Shown: positions 49,660 to 59,096 of the stretch, piece by piece
Numbering within the stretch: the stretch's first letter is position 1
Layout of the letters: each line of letters begins with the position of its first letter
Assembly (NCBI GenBank): GCA_044440125.1
Contig: JBITAJ010000003.1
Coordinates: 64,001-128,000, forward strand
Source: Sedimentisphaeraceae bacterium JB056
GTDB lineage: Bacteria; Planctomycetota; Phycisphaerae; Sedimentisphaerales; Sedimentisphaeraceae
Direction of reading: 5' to 3'
DNA length: 64,000 nucleotides
Notes under the pieces: generated by a model
Told to the model about the DNA's origin: nothing
Database searches by the model: none
The model's input: only the letters and a program-made list of their open reading frames with translations
Made by a program: the position numbers and the translations under genes

Positions 49660-52600
49660 TTATTTATCGGTATCAAGTATACTTTGAATAAAAGGTGCCA
49701 GCTTATCAGCTATCATGTAATAGCCTCTGTCGGTCAAATGAACACCATCAACACTCGGATGGTCTCCGCCGGCCTTGATAATATCTCCGGCATCAAATAT
49801 ATACACATTCTTATCACCTTCATCCTTCAAGTTCTTATATGTCTTATGGAGAGCATTATGCTGTCTCTTATAGAAATCAGCTGTCATCCAACTTCCATAA
49901 GGTTCAATTTCCCGTGCATAATGAGGCTTTGTCATAAGTATAATCGGTGTTTCTGGACGTTTATCTCTCACTATACTCACAAATTTTTCGTATCGGTTAT
50001 CCATAAGTTCAGGAGTCATGTTAGCTACCTGATCAAATATATAAACGGAAGCATCAATCTCCGCTATAAGTTTTGCAACTTCCGGCTCGCTGCATCCGCT
50101 TCCGGAAAAACCAAGATTAACAACATCAGCCCCAAGCCTACGGCCTATCTGCGCAACGTAGCCATTTGAGCCTCTGCTTGAGCAGCCGCTCTGCGTAATT
50201 GATGTGCCGTAAACGACTATAGGCTTTTCGATCAAATACTTGTCGGGTTTTAATACTTCACAATCAACATCTAAACCTATCTCAAGACTTTTAAGCGGAA
50301 TATAAGTTGGCAGATACAATGTATACTGCCTAATCTTTTTGGGTAAATTCTCAAAATATACATGCTCATATACCCCATTGGCTTTCTGAGGGCGGGTCAC
50401 CTTCCAGAAATCAGGATCTTTGACGCCGCCGATATACAAATCTATTCCACTGACACCAACAGAGCTCATATGATACATATCAAGGCTGTCAGGATTACTC
50501 TGTCCATGATTTATTTTAAGCCTCATAGAAGTTGAGTCTGTCTTAAAACGAACTCTTGCCGTACTGGGGCAAAGACTCTGTACCCAAGCTTTATGTGTTA
50601 TATTGGCTTCTTCATCAAGCGGAAGTCTCACAAAAGCACCATCATTATATTCAAACCATGCAAGGCCGTTTACTTCAACAGATTTATCTTTTGATACATC
50701 TATCCACTTCAAAGCAGATTTTTTATCAACATCAGCCTTTTGGTTTTCAAGGTCATACGTAAAGACATATTCTTCAGAATCAATTGCAATACTAACCTCT
50801 GCATGTTTACCCCCTGCTTCTGAGAGTGATTCTATACTAACCTGCGGTACTTCCAGCGTTTCATAGGGTAATACAACAGTTACGAATCTTACCGCATCTT
50901 GAGTTGACTTATGAATACTGTATGCAAATGCGGGTCTGGCAGTTTTCTTTCCGTACTCATAAGAAACCCAGCCGTCTTCCTGTTCAAGAGTCAAGCCTCC
51001 TTGCGGCAATCCCGCTACAAGCAAATTCGCTCCCTGCTCAAAATCTGTTCTTGCAGCTAAGTCCTCAAATACAGCCTTGCAGGGTTCAAAGGCATAATGC
51101 AAACGTAAGTCGCCCTCAGCCTTTCCGATAGCATCATCTACAATTACAAAGAAGTCTTTGTTAAAAAAAACGGCCCTGCGATGTTTCAAGTCTTTATAAC
51201 TCTGGTTTTCTATAACAAGAACATCAAGTTCATCACTTGTATTCCATAATAACAAATTTGGCTTGCATGCGATATTTTCGTTATTCAGTGTTAATGTCTG
51301 ATGTGATGCAGTGCGTCGAAACCAGTTTCTTTCTTTATCATTTCCACTGTAAATAAAACAGCCAGAATCCGGCATAAAATGTCTGCCTTTAGCGTAGAGT
51401 TCGAAAGAACCGTTGTCCGGCTGAGCATGAAAATAACCTTCCGGACCACACTTCAAAATCATAGCCGTCGCATTCTGCCCCCATCCATTTCGCATAGTGT
51501 AAAAACCGCCATTTTTGAGAGCGATAGAAGTTTGCTGCGGGGCTTTGCCTTCTGAGCCTTTTGTCGCAAAGTAGAGGAAATCATCTCTATCGTAAGCATC
51601 TGCCCATTTACGGAAATAATTACTGAGCTTATCCTGCCCGCCTTTCCACGCGTCACCAAACTGTGCAACGGTAAAGTCGGGCAGGGAAAATACATAGTTA
51701 GCAACGATCATCTTTTCTATAGTATCACTATAGCTTTCAGGAAATTCTCCCGTATAGCCGTTACTGCCTGCAATAGTAAATGCGTTGAGAAAAGTATTAA
51801 TCGCACCAGAATGATAGCTTGGCGAAAGTTCAAAGTGCATACCGTCATCAAATGCCTGCAGCTTTATCTCTTTATTAAACAGCCCTATTGCACTCTCACG
51901 CCACGAAGGTGCATCCTTGAACTCATAGAAGCAAACACCCGCATAGATAACCCCCTGAGCTTCAAACAAGGCATGATTACCAATAGCACTGTAATTTTTC
52001 GTCACATATTCAGCCTGCTCATGATAACTTTTAAGGAACTGCATGAGTACTTTGGGTGTAAATTCAGGAGAACTTACGAAATACTGGAATATATTGGCCC
52101 AACTGCGGAGCCTGCTGCCGACCTCAAGCGGTCTCCAGGCGATTTTTTCATCCTCAACACAAGGATTATCTTCTATCCAGTCGAGAAGCTGAAATACCCA
52201 TTCAGCCGCATATTTTTCATCGCCGCTGCTCCAGTAGGCTTTACCCATTGACGGCCACCAGTACATCCGATGCAATTGCCATATCCATTCTTTATCCGAA
52301 ACCGGATTTTTCAACCAATCGATATCTTTGCCAAGAAAGTATGCCGGATAAGACTTCTGGCCTACAAGTTTACGCTCTAATGCATTGCTTGCCCATTGTG
52401 TATCAGTCTCACCAAGCGGTTTACCCAAGGCTTGCTGTTTGTCAGATTTATCAACAATGCCTTTAACTGTACTTCTGCTTCTATAATATCTTAGCAACTC
52501 CTGAGCGGCAAGGTCATAGTCTTCTTTTTCGTAAGCCTGCTTAACTTCTTTTAATTCAGGTTGAGTTAAATCAAGCAGGTCAAAGACGATCTTATATTCA

Positions 52601-52698
52601 TTTTGGAAATTGGCTGATTTTGAGATATTTGCCTGTGCAGAAAATCCGAAGACTATAAGCAGCAACCAAATAGAAAATAACTGTATTCTATATTTCAT
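49660..52698 (-). CDS. PL12 (heparinase III-like) lyase fused to an SGNH/GDSL esterase
   Basis: WQLHR, NHALFEAQ, ELSPSYH, HAQPDNG.FEL and PDSG; C-terminal GIDLY, YGTSITQ, NLGFSG and DGVH. Confidence 0.85.
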   Translation of the reverse strand: MKYRIQLFSIWLLLIVFGFSAQANISKSANFQNEYKIVFDLLDLTQPELKEVKQAYEKEDYDLAAQELLRYYRSRSTVKGIVDKSDKQQALGKPLGETDTQWASNALERKLVGQKSYPAYFLGKDIDWLKNPVSDKEWIWQLHRMYWWPSMGKAYWSSGDEKYAAEWVFQLLDWIEDNPCVEDEKIAWRPLEVGSRLRSWANIFQYFVSSPEFTPKVLMQFLKSYHEQAEYVTKNYSAIGNHALFEAQGVIYAGVCFYEFKDAPSWRESAIGLFNKEIKLQAFDDGMHFELSPSYHSGAINTFLNAFTIAGSNGYTGEFPESYSDTIEKMIVANYVFSLPDFTVAQFGDAWKGGQDKLSNYFRKWADAYDRDDFLYFATKGSEGKAPQQTSIALKNGGFYTMRNGWGQNATAMILKCGPEGYFHAQPDNGSFELYAKGRHFMPDSGCFIYSGNDKERNWFRRTASHQTLTLNNENIACKPNLLLWNTSDELDVLVIENQSYKDLKHRRAVFFNKDFFVIVDDAIGKAEGDLRLHYAFEPCKAVFEDLAARTDFEQGANLLVAGLPQGGLTLEQEDGWVSYEYGKKTARPAFAYSIHKSTQDAVRFVTVVLPYETLEVPQVSIESLSEAGGKHAEVSIAIDSEEYVFTYDLENQKADVDKKSALKWIDVSKDKSVEVNGLAWFEYNDGAFVRLPLDEEANITHKAWVQSLCPSTARVRFKTDSTSMRLKINHGQSNPDSLDMYHMSSVGVSGIDLYIGGVKDPDFWKVTRPQKANGVYEHVYFENLPKKIRQYTLYLPTYIPLKSLEIGLDVDCEVLKPDKYLIEKPIVVYGTSITQSGCSSRGSNGYVAQIGRRLGADVVNLGFSGSGCSEPEVAKLIAEIDASVYIFDQVANMTPELMDNRYEKFVSIVRDKRPETPIILMTKPHYAREIEPYGSWMTADFYKRQHNALHKTYKNLKDEGDKNVYIFDAGDIIKAGGDHPSVDGVHLTDRGYYMIADKLAPFIQSILDTDK

Positions 52699-52799
52699 TA
52701 GATAACTTTTCAAAAAAACTTTTTTAGATTAAACCTTTTGGGCTTACAACATGTAATTCATCCAACTCCTGCAGACGACAATTAGCCCAATATTGTTGA

Positions 52800-54380
52800 T
52801 TAAATTAAATTTCCAAAAGGATGATCTCCCAATTTCATCAGTTTCTCTAACATTATTTTCTTCATCTGAGCCAAAACCTTTTCATATTGAGGGTCATTGG
52901 CCAAATTTGTTGTTTCATTTTTATCGTTTTCCATATCATACAGTTGATCTTCATCCCAAAAATCCGGATGTTTGAGTAACGAATTATGCTGATGAGGACG
53001 CATTTTTTCATAATGATACAGATGCTGGCTATTTTTTTTCTTGCCAATAGCATCCCTGCTATACCGCAGTGCTATGTATTTCCAGCGTTTTGTGCATACG
53101 GCACGAGTCCAGCCAATCTCAAAATATAGACTATTATGTATCGTCTCGTGCTTTCCAAGTAATAACGGCATCAGACTTTTCCCATCCAATCCCATCTCTT
53201 CCGGTTTTTTTATATTACAGGCATCCATGATTGTTGGCATAAAATCAATATTCTGCACAAGCTCATTGCTTACCTGATGCTGTTTAATCTTGTCTGGATA
53301 TGAAATTATCAGAGGAACGTTTATTCCACCCTCGTAAAGTGTCACTTTATCTAAAGTCTGATTATCACTGCTGAGAATAATCAGCGTATTCTTATCCAAT
53401 TCCAGCTCTTCAAGTTTATTTACAACTGCCCCAATTCCTTCATCCAACCATGTCAAGTATGCTGTCTCCACCGGATAGCCTTTCGATTTAACCTTCTCCA
53501 AGATTTCTTGACGCGAGGGCATTACATCAGGTTCCTTGTCAAGATATCCTGCAGACGTGATTTTGGGGTCTGCTTTCAATAATGATTGCTGAGGATGAGG
53601 GATATGATTCAAAGTTGGAGCCATATATAAGAAAAACGGCTCATTTTTGTTTTGCTCTATAAATTCTACAGCCCCCTCAACAATCCATTCGTGGTTGTGT
53701 ATGTTCATTGAATGCAGATTGAAACTCTCTGGATTTGTAGCGTAAATTCTATCGGCATAATCAAATCCAAATTTCTTTATTTCATCCTGCCAAAATTGAT
53801 GATTTTCTTTAAGAGCAGCAGAGAATTCTGGAGACTTAACGTCCGGTTGGTTATCAGATCCGCTCCACCCATCAAGCCAATCATCAGAACGAATAACGGG
53901 ACAGCCAGCCTTTTGACTTGCCGAAATATCACTCAAATGCCATTTCCCAACCATTCCAGTTGAATACCCGGCCTCTTTCATTACCGAGGCTAAATTATAA
54001 CGGTCGTATTCCAAAAGCGTATTAAATCCAACTTCTGTCTGGATACCCTTTGGAAACTGGTCTAAAAAAGTTGGATGACTACATCGACTTGGATATTTGC
54101 CGGTAAGACAGCTATAGCGGCTTGGAGTGCATATTGAAGTTGAAGCATATCCTCTCGTAAAGCGGATCCCCTGCTTTGCAAGCTTATCCTGATTCGGAGT
54201 GTAAGCCTTAGCACCATAACAAGCAATATCTTTAAAGTTTTGGTCATCATTATAGATTATAATGACGTTTGGCTTTCGCGCAGACTCATTAGATATTGTT
54301 GGTGTTATCGGCAAATTCTCAGCAAAGGCTAATCCTGTCGAAATACCAAAGCTTAATTTCAAAAAAAATCTTCTATCCAT
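52800..54380 (-). CDS. Formylglycine sulfatase (S1) with Tat signal
   Basis: MDRRFFLK; KPNVI..DDQ, CTPSR, GKWHL, SDN and LYEGG motifs. Confidence 0.9.
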   Translation of the reverse strand: MDRRFFLKLSFGISTGLAFAENLPITPTISNESARKPNVIIIYNDDQNFKDIACYGAKAYTPNQDKLAKQGIRFTRGYASTSICTPSRYSCLTGKYPSRCSHPTFLDQFPKGIQTEVGFNTLLEYDRYNLASVMKEAGYSTGMVGKWHLSDISASQKAGCPVIRSDDWLDGWSGSDNQPDVKSPEFSAALKENHQFWQDEIKKFGFDYADRIYATNPESFNLHSMNIHNHEWIVEGAVEFIEQNKNEPFFLYMAPTLNHIPHPQQSLLKADPKITSAGYLDKEPDVMPSRQEILEKVKSKGYPVETAYLTWLDEGIGAVVNKLEELELDKNTLIILSSDNQTLDKVTLYEGGINVPLIISYPDKIKQHQVSNELVQNIDFMPTIMDACNIKKPEEMGLDGKSLMPLLLGKHETIHNSLYFEIGWTRAVCTKRWKYIALRYSRDAIGKKKNSQHLYHYEKMRPHQHNSLLKHPDFWDEDQLYDMENDKNETTNLANDPQYEKVLAQMKKIMLEKLMKLGDHPFGNLI

Positions 54381-54457
54381 TTAGATTTCTCACGAATTGG
54401 GATTATACTTTACAAGCATAAATGATTATAATGCAGCTTCAGCGGAATATAGTTATT

Positions 54458-55918
54458 CTAATACTTTTTCGTAATTCCATCAACGAAATCCTGGGTAGTT
54501 GCCAGTTTCCATGTCCTTCCGTCTTCGCTCATAATAACCACAGGATCATGGGCATACAATTTTTTATCAGGATCTGGATTACCCGGCCATTTATCTTTAT
54601 ACTCCTGCTTTTCTTCATCGCTAAGCCATGCTGCATAGTAAAAATAAGACAGGAAAAGCCTTCCCTTTTTATCAACCGTTAAATTATGGTAATAAATATT
54701 GTAACCCAATCTGTCAGGCTCCATTATCCTGCCCATATCCTGCCAGTCTTTGCCTTTTTCCTTACGCAAATGATGAAGAGCATATTTAAGGGGTACTTGA
54801 CCTCCGTTGAGTCTTGACACAAGATGAATTGTATCATCCTTATCGGTTACAAGTGCCGGATATGTCCCACCATACATAGATTTTATATCTTCAGTTTTGG
54901 CCCAGGTTTTACCGTTATCAGTGGAATAGGTATATTTTAACGCTCTGCCGTGCGAACCAAGCACAACATGCAGAGTACCTTCACTGTCAACCGTTATAGC
55001 CGGTCCGTTATGTGAATCAGGTGTAAGATTAGGTGAGGTCGTAAAGCCAAGATATACCGGTTCTGAAAAGGTTCTGGTCTTATGATCGTAACAGGTATAG
55101 TTCTGTTTTGTACCAAATTCTCTTGGTGTAATTTCACTTAGGTCAATATACACTATATGTGTTTTATCGCCAATAGTAATAAATGCATTGCCCGCCCCTG
55201 AATGCTGAGGAACATACGTCGATTCTTTAACATTAACATCAATATCCAGAGACTTTGACACAGAAAGATTGCGTGAATGTTTATTTATAAACGCGATTTC
55301 TGCTCTTGGTGCGACGAATCCCATAACAGGAGTGGTTTCGATCGGATTGAAACTGTCATATTGCTCAAGAATAGCATTGTCTTTTATCTTACATATTGAA
55401 AATGTCTCAAGCTTATCCCCTGAATAGAAAAGGTAAGAAGAAGACGGGTTTTGTGATTTTGCAATAAAATACATTCCTCCTTCATCATCAAAACAGATCT
55501 TCTCACTCAGATGTGTTCCACTGTAGAATTGGGTTTTCTCAAGATCAGGAAATTTAGACTTAAGCAGATTATTCAAATCACACACAACCCATTTACCTTC
55601 ATCATTCAGCGTTTGTACATAAACATCCGCCCAATCATGCGTAGCATAATAGTCATCAAAAACGCCCGTTATCATATAAGGATGATTATCATTATCAAAG
55701 GTAACCGCAGCAGGGATATATCGTGGATTATATCCATACAATTCTCTCTCTCGTATTGTAATACCTTTATAATGGATCGGGGCTTTCCCCGGTACAATTG
55801 TTACTTCTTTTGATAATTCTTTTTGGCCATAGTCCCATTTTGATTGTTCAAAAAAGTCAGCCAAAGCAATCTGGAAAGTTAAAATCAAAGCGAGGGTCGT
55901 CAGCAACATTCTATTCAT
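54458..55918 (-). CDS. BNR-4 repeat beta-propeller (PL24/PL25-like candidate)
   Basis: ATG 55918 with GGAG RBS; DSHNGPAITVDSEGTLHVVLGSH, STDNGKTW, TYP and IYYH motifs. Confidence 0.65.
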   Translation of the reverse strand: MNRMLLTTLALILTFQIALADFFEQSKWDYGQKELSKEVTIVPGKAPIHYKGITIRERELYGYNPRYIPAAVTFDNDNHPYMITGVFDDYYATHDWADVYVQTLNDEGKWVVCDLNNLLKSKFPDLEKTQFYSGTHLSEKICFDDEGGMYFIAKSQNPSSSYLFYSGDKLETFSICKIKDNAILEQYDSFNPIETTPVMGFVAPRAEIAFINKHSRNLSVSKSLDIDVNVKESTYVPQHSGAGNAFITIGDKTHIVYIDLSEITPREFGTKQNYTCYDHKTRTFSEPVYLGFTTSPNLTPDSHNGPAITVDSEGTLHVVLGSHGRALKYTYSTDNGKTWAKTEDIKSMYGGTYPALVTDKDDTIHLVSRLNGGQVPLKYALHHLRKEKGKDWQDMGRIMEPDRLGYNIYYHNLTVDKKGRLFLSYFYYAAWLSDEEKQEYKDKWPGNPDPDKKLYAHDPVVIMSEDGRTWKLATTQDFVDGITKKY

Positions 55919-55938
55919 CACTATCTCCAATTACCTAT

Positions 55939-55982
55939 AAAAAAAGACTCGGCTACAATACAATTATAGCCGGAGTCTTTTT
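55939..55982. terminator. Intra-operon terminator-like hairpin
   Basis: AAAAGACTC-GGCTA / TAGCC-G-GAGTCTTTT inverted repeat with A and T tails. Confidence 0.7.
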
Positions 55983-55997
55983 ATTAAATAAATCAAG

Positions 55998-58265
55998 TTA
56001 CTCAGTTACAAGCCAGTTCTGCAAAAAGTCAACAAGATCTGCAGAGTTTACAATACCGTTACTATCCATATCGCCACTAAGCGTTAATGGCAATAAAACT
56101 GTTGCTGGAGTCGCAGTCTTATTTGCAAGGCTTATTATCTTACTCTGGTCAAGAGCACCTTTGAAAACAGCTACCTCATCAAGTAAACCTGTGAAATGTT
56201 CTGTACCACCAGCTCTATTTGCGAGACCAAATCTAAATACCACAGGATTATAGTCCGCAGAAGCAGAACCTTTCAATTCTCCGTTTATATAGCAAGACAA
56301 TGTACCTGTGTATACGCCATTAACGGCATCGCCATCAGCCTGGAATACAAGAGATATATGAGCCCAGCTTCCTAATGCAGCAACACCTGTATTGAATCCG
56401 CCACCACTGCCGCCATATGTAGCGACACGATATGTGCCATTATCAATATAGATACAGAAACCGCCATCATTCGAAGAAGGTCTACTGACAGAAACAAAGG
56501 TGTCTGTCAGAGTAGGTTTTGCCCACATCGAAATTGTAAATGAGCCATCAGGATATATAGATGGATTTGAGTCAGATATTCTCAGATCGAAACCATCATC
56601 AATACCATTGAATACGGCAGCACCATCAACAGCACCATTGGCAGTATAATCCGGCAATTGTGCATAGTTATTCTGAAGATTATTACCATTTCCACTGTAA
56701 TCGGCAGCTAAAGCACTTGAATTGTCAAAACTGTAATAAGCTGTCAAAGAGGTGATATTATTTACGAAATCAGCAGTAGTAGCCAAATGCCAGCTCGCAC
56801 CGCCATCATTACTTGTCAGCAATGAACGGTCGTGGGAATATATCGCAGTTGCAGGGTCTTCCGCAGGCCATTTAGCTTCGTGTTCTGTTATTTCTTCAGA
56901 AGTAAAGTCCAGAATTAAATAGCTGTAGCTTAGATAAAGGTTGCCCAAGCGGTCAGTAGTCAGCTTATGATAATAAACACTGTAGCCAATCTTGTATGGC
57001 TCAACAAGACATCCAACATCTTCCCAAGGCTGTCCCAATTCCTTTTTAGCATACCACAAACGATACTTGTATTCATCGTTTATTGAAGAGTTCTTCCTGT
57101 AAACCATATGAATGGTATCATCAGGTGTAGTGCAGATGCTTGGATATGTCGCATCATTGAGTATGTCTGTAGCAGTTGACCACGAATCTCCGTTGTCAGT
57201 AGAATACACATATTTCATTGTTGTGCCGTGAGCACCTAAAACTACATGTAGAGTTCTGTCTTTACTCACTGTTATTACAGGACCATTATGAGTATCAGGT
57301 GAGCCTTCGTTGGGAAGTCCTACCGTTGAGCCTAAGAATACAGGTGTCGAAAATTCGTTTGTCAGCTTATTATAGCGAACATAATACTGGGCAGTCTCAT
57401 CTACTCCTATAAGATTATCGAGATCAAGATAAACAATATGAACATAGTTACCAAGTGTTACTGCAGCATTTACTGTTCCAGTCTGCATCGGAGCAGGTTG
57501 AATTCTGTCACCAATCAATATGCCAGCTGAATTTGCCGAAAGGCTTCCACCTGCATTTGTAACCGGATAGAGTTTCATTTGACTGCTGCTGTTGCCGATT
57601 AATGAAGGCACATCAAAGTCGCTCGTAAATGTATCTGGTACTTCAAAGAAATATGAGCCGTTGTAAAGCTGCGTATAACTCCAGTTTTCAAGATCATTGA
57701 CGCTTCCGCCCCAAACCCTTCTGATAAAAGAAGCAGCGGTTGTGTTAAGCATAGGCTGTTCTACTGCTGTAAAATAAATATAACCATTGCTGTCAAAAGC
57801 CACTCTGTTTACATTTGAAAAATCACCTGTATAAAAATTGAAGTCTGTATAAGCTTCATTTCCAGGTATAGCAGCCGATATTTCTTTAAAATCGATGACT
57901 ACCCATTGACCGTTATCATCAATTGTCTGGATATAACAATCATCAAAGAACTCATATTTAGGAATCCTGAAAGTATTATCAGCAGGAACTTCACCTGTTT
58001 CTTTACCAACATAGATATAGGGTCTGTTGTTGTAATCAAAAGTTACCATGTTAGGCTTATATCTTGGATAATAGCCATATAATTCTCTTTCGCGTGAAAA
58101 CGTGCTGCCAGAATAAATTAAAGGCGCACTGCCTGGGATTACAGTTGGAGCCGCCGTCCCAACTTCGTCTGAAGTATGCTCCCAAGGGGAGGTATTGACT
58201 ATAGCCGCATTTATTGTTTGTATGCAAACTAAAAATATAACTGCACTTATAATTCTGTTAAACAT
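55998..58265 (-). CDS. BNR-4 beta-propeller + LamG + half-dockerin tail (paralog of 54458-55918)
   Basis: ATG 58265 with GGAG RBS; RERELYGY.PRY and PDTHNGP..LHVVLGAH; LamG; GDMDSNGIVNSADL..WL. Confidence 0.7.
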   Translation of the reverse strand: MFNRIISAVIFLVCIQTINAAIVNTSPWEHTSDEVGTAAPTVIPGSAPLIYSGSTFSRERELYGYYPRYKPNMVTFDYNNRPYIYVGKETGEVPADNTFRIPKYEFFDDCYIQTIDDNGQWVVIDFKEISAAIPGNEAYTDFNFYTGDFSNVNRVAFDSNGYIYFTAVEQPMLNTTAASFIRRVWGGSVNDLENWSYTQLYNGSYFFEVPDTFTSDFDVPSLIGNSSSQMKLYPVTNAGGSLSANSAGILIGDRIQPAPMQTGTVNAAVTLGNYVHIVYLDLDNLIGVDETAQYYVRYNKLTNEFSTPVFLGSTVGLPNEGSPDTHNGPVITVSKDRTLHVVLGAHGTTMKYVYSTDNGDSWSTATDILNDATYPSICTTPDDTIHMVYRKNSSINDEYKYRLWYAKKELGQPWEDVGCLVEPYKIGYSVYYHKLTTDRLGNLYLSYSYLILDFTSEEITEHEAKWPAEDPATAIYSHDRSLLTSNDGGASWHLATTADFVNNITSLTAYYSFDNSSALAADYSGNGNNLQNNYAQLPDYTANGAVDGAAVFNGIDDGFDLRISDSNPSIYPDGSFTISMWAKPTLTDTFVSVSRPSSNDGGFCIYIDNGTYRVATYGGSGGGFNTGVAALGSWAHISLVFQADGDAVNGVYTGTLSCYINGELKGSASADYNPVVFRFGLANRAGGTEHFTGLLDEVAVFKGALDQSKIISLANKTATPATVLLPLTLSGDMDSNGIVNSADLVDFLQNWLVTE

Positions 58266-58300
58266 CAGTATTTCTCCGAATAAAATTTTATTTTGAATAA

Positions 58301-59068
58301 TCAACGAATAGACGGTTTGATTTCAGTTATAGAACCACCGGAAAGAAAATCTTCGACCAAAAAGTCGTATTCGGCAAATTCTAAATGTCCATCAGCGCAG
58401 AGATAATGACTGCCGCCCCGATGCCTGTCGCTATAATAATATTTTCCCGGCACGGTTGATAGACCACCCCATGCATATATATAGGGAACATCCCATCTGT
58501 TTTCGCCAAGAATTGCAGAAGTCGAAGCATTCTTGATCATTGAAGATCTTCTCGGCTTCCACCAGTTGCCTTGATAACTGCTGTCATACCTATAACCGGC
58601 ACTACGCCAATTCCAGCCAAAAGCCAGAGATTTCACTCCATTTGTATCTTTAGCACTAAGAGAAGGACAGCTTAATATTTTGGGAGCCTCATAACCTCTC
58701 TCACTTGCCTGTTTGGCATCACCGGCAACAGATCGATCCAGATAATCTGCATATGATGAATCATAATCAAGATATGAAGCAATATCTACATACCAATACC
58801 CTTTATGAGGATATTTCCCTTCATAAGAACTGCCGCTGAATCGCCCTCCATCATACATAGGCAACCAGTCATCATTATCTATCCCAAATTGGGCACAAGC
58901 CATTCCGATAGAACGGGAATTAGAACCGCACAACGTCTTCTTAGCCTGATCTCTGGCTACAGATAATGCCGGCATCATAATCGACATCAGTATTGCGATT
59001 ATAGAGATAACCACCAGGAGCTCTATCAAAGTAAAGGCGTTTCTTTTTTTGTTACTTTTCAAATCCAT
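58301..59068 (-). CDS. Prepilin-type N-methylation / H-X9-DG protein (DUF1559-like)
   Basis: AFTLIELLVVISIIAILMSIMMPAL, CGSN, CPS and HRGGSHYLCADG. Confidence 0.9.
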   Translation of the reverse strand: MDLKSNKKRNAFTLIELLVVISIIAILMSIMMPALSVARDQAKKTLCGSNSRSIGMACAQFGIDNDDWLPMYDGGRFSGSSYEGKYPHKGYWYVDIASYLDYDSSYADYLDRSVAGDAKQASERGYEAPKILSCPSLSAKDTNGVKSLAFGWNWRSAGYRYDSSYQGNWWKPRRSSMIKNASTSAILGENRWDVPYIYAWGGLSTVPGKYYYSDRHRGGSHYLCADGHLEFAEYDFLVEDFLSGGSITEIKPSIR

Positions 59069-59096
59069 TTTAATTTATCCTGATAAATCAATCGTA

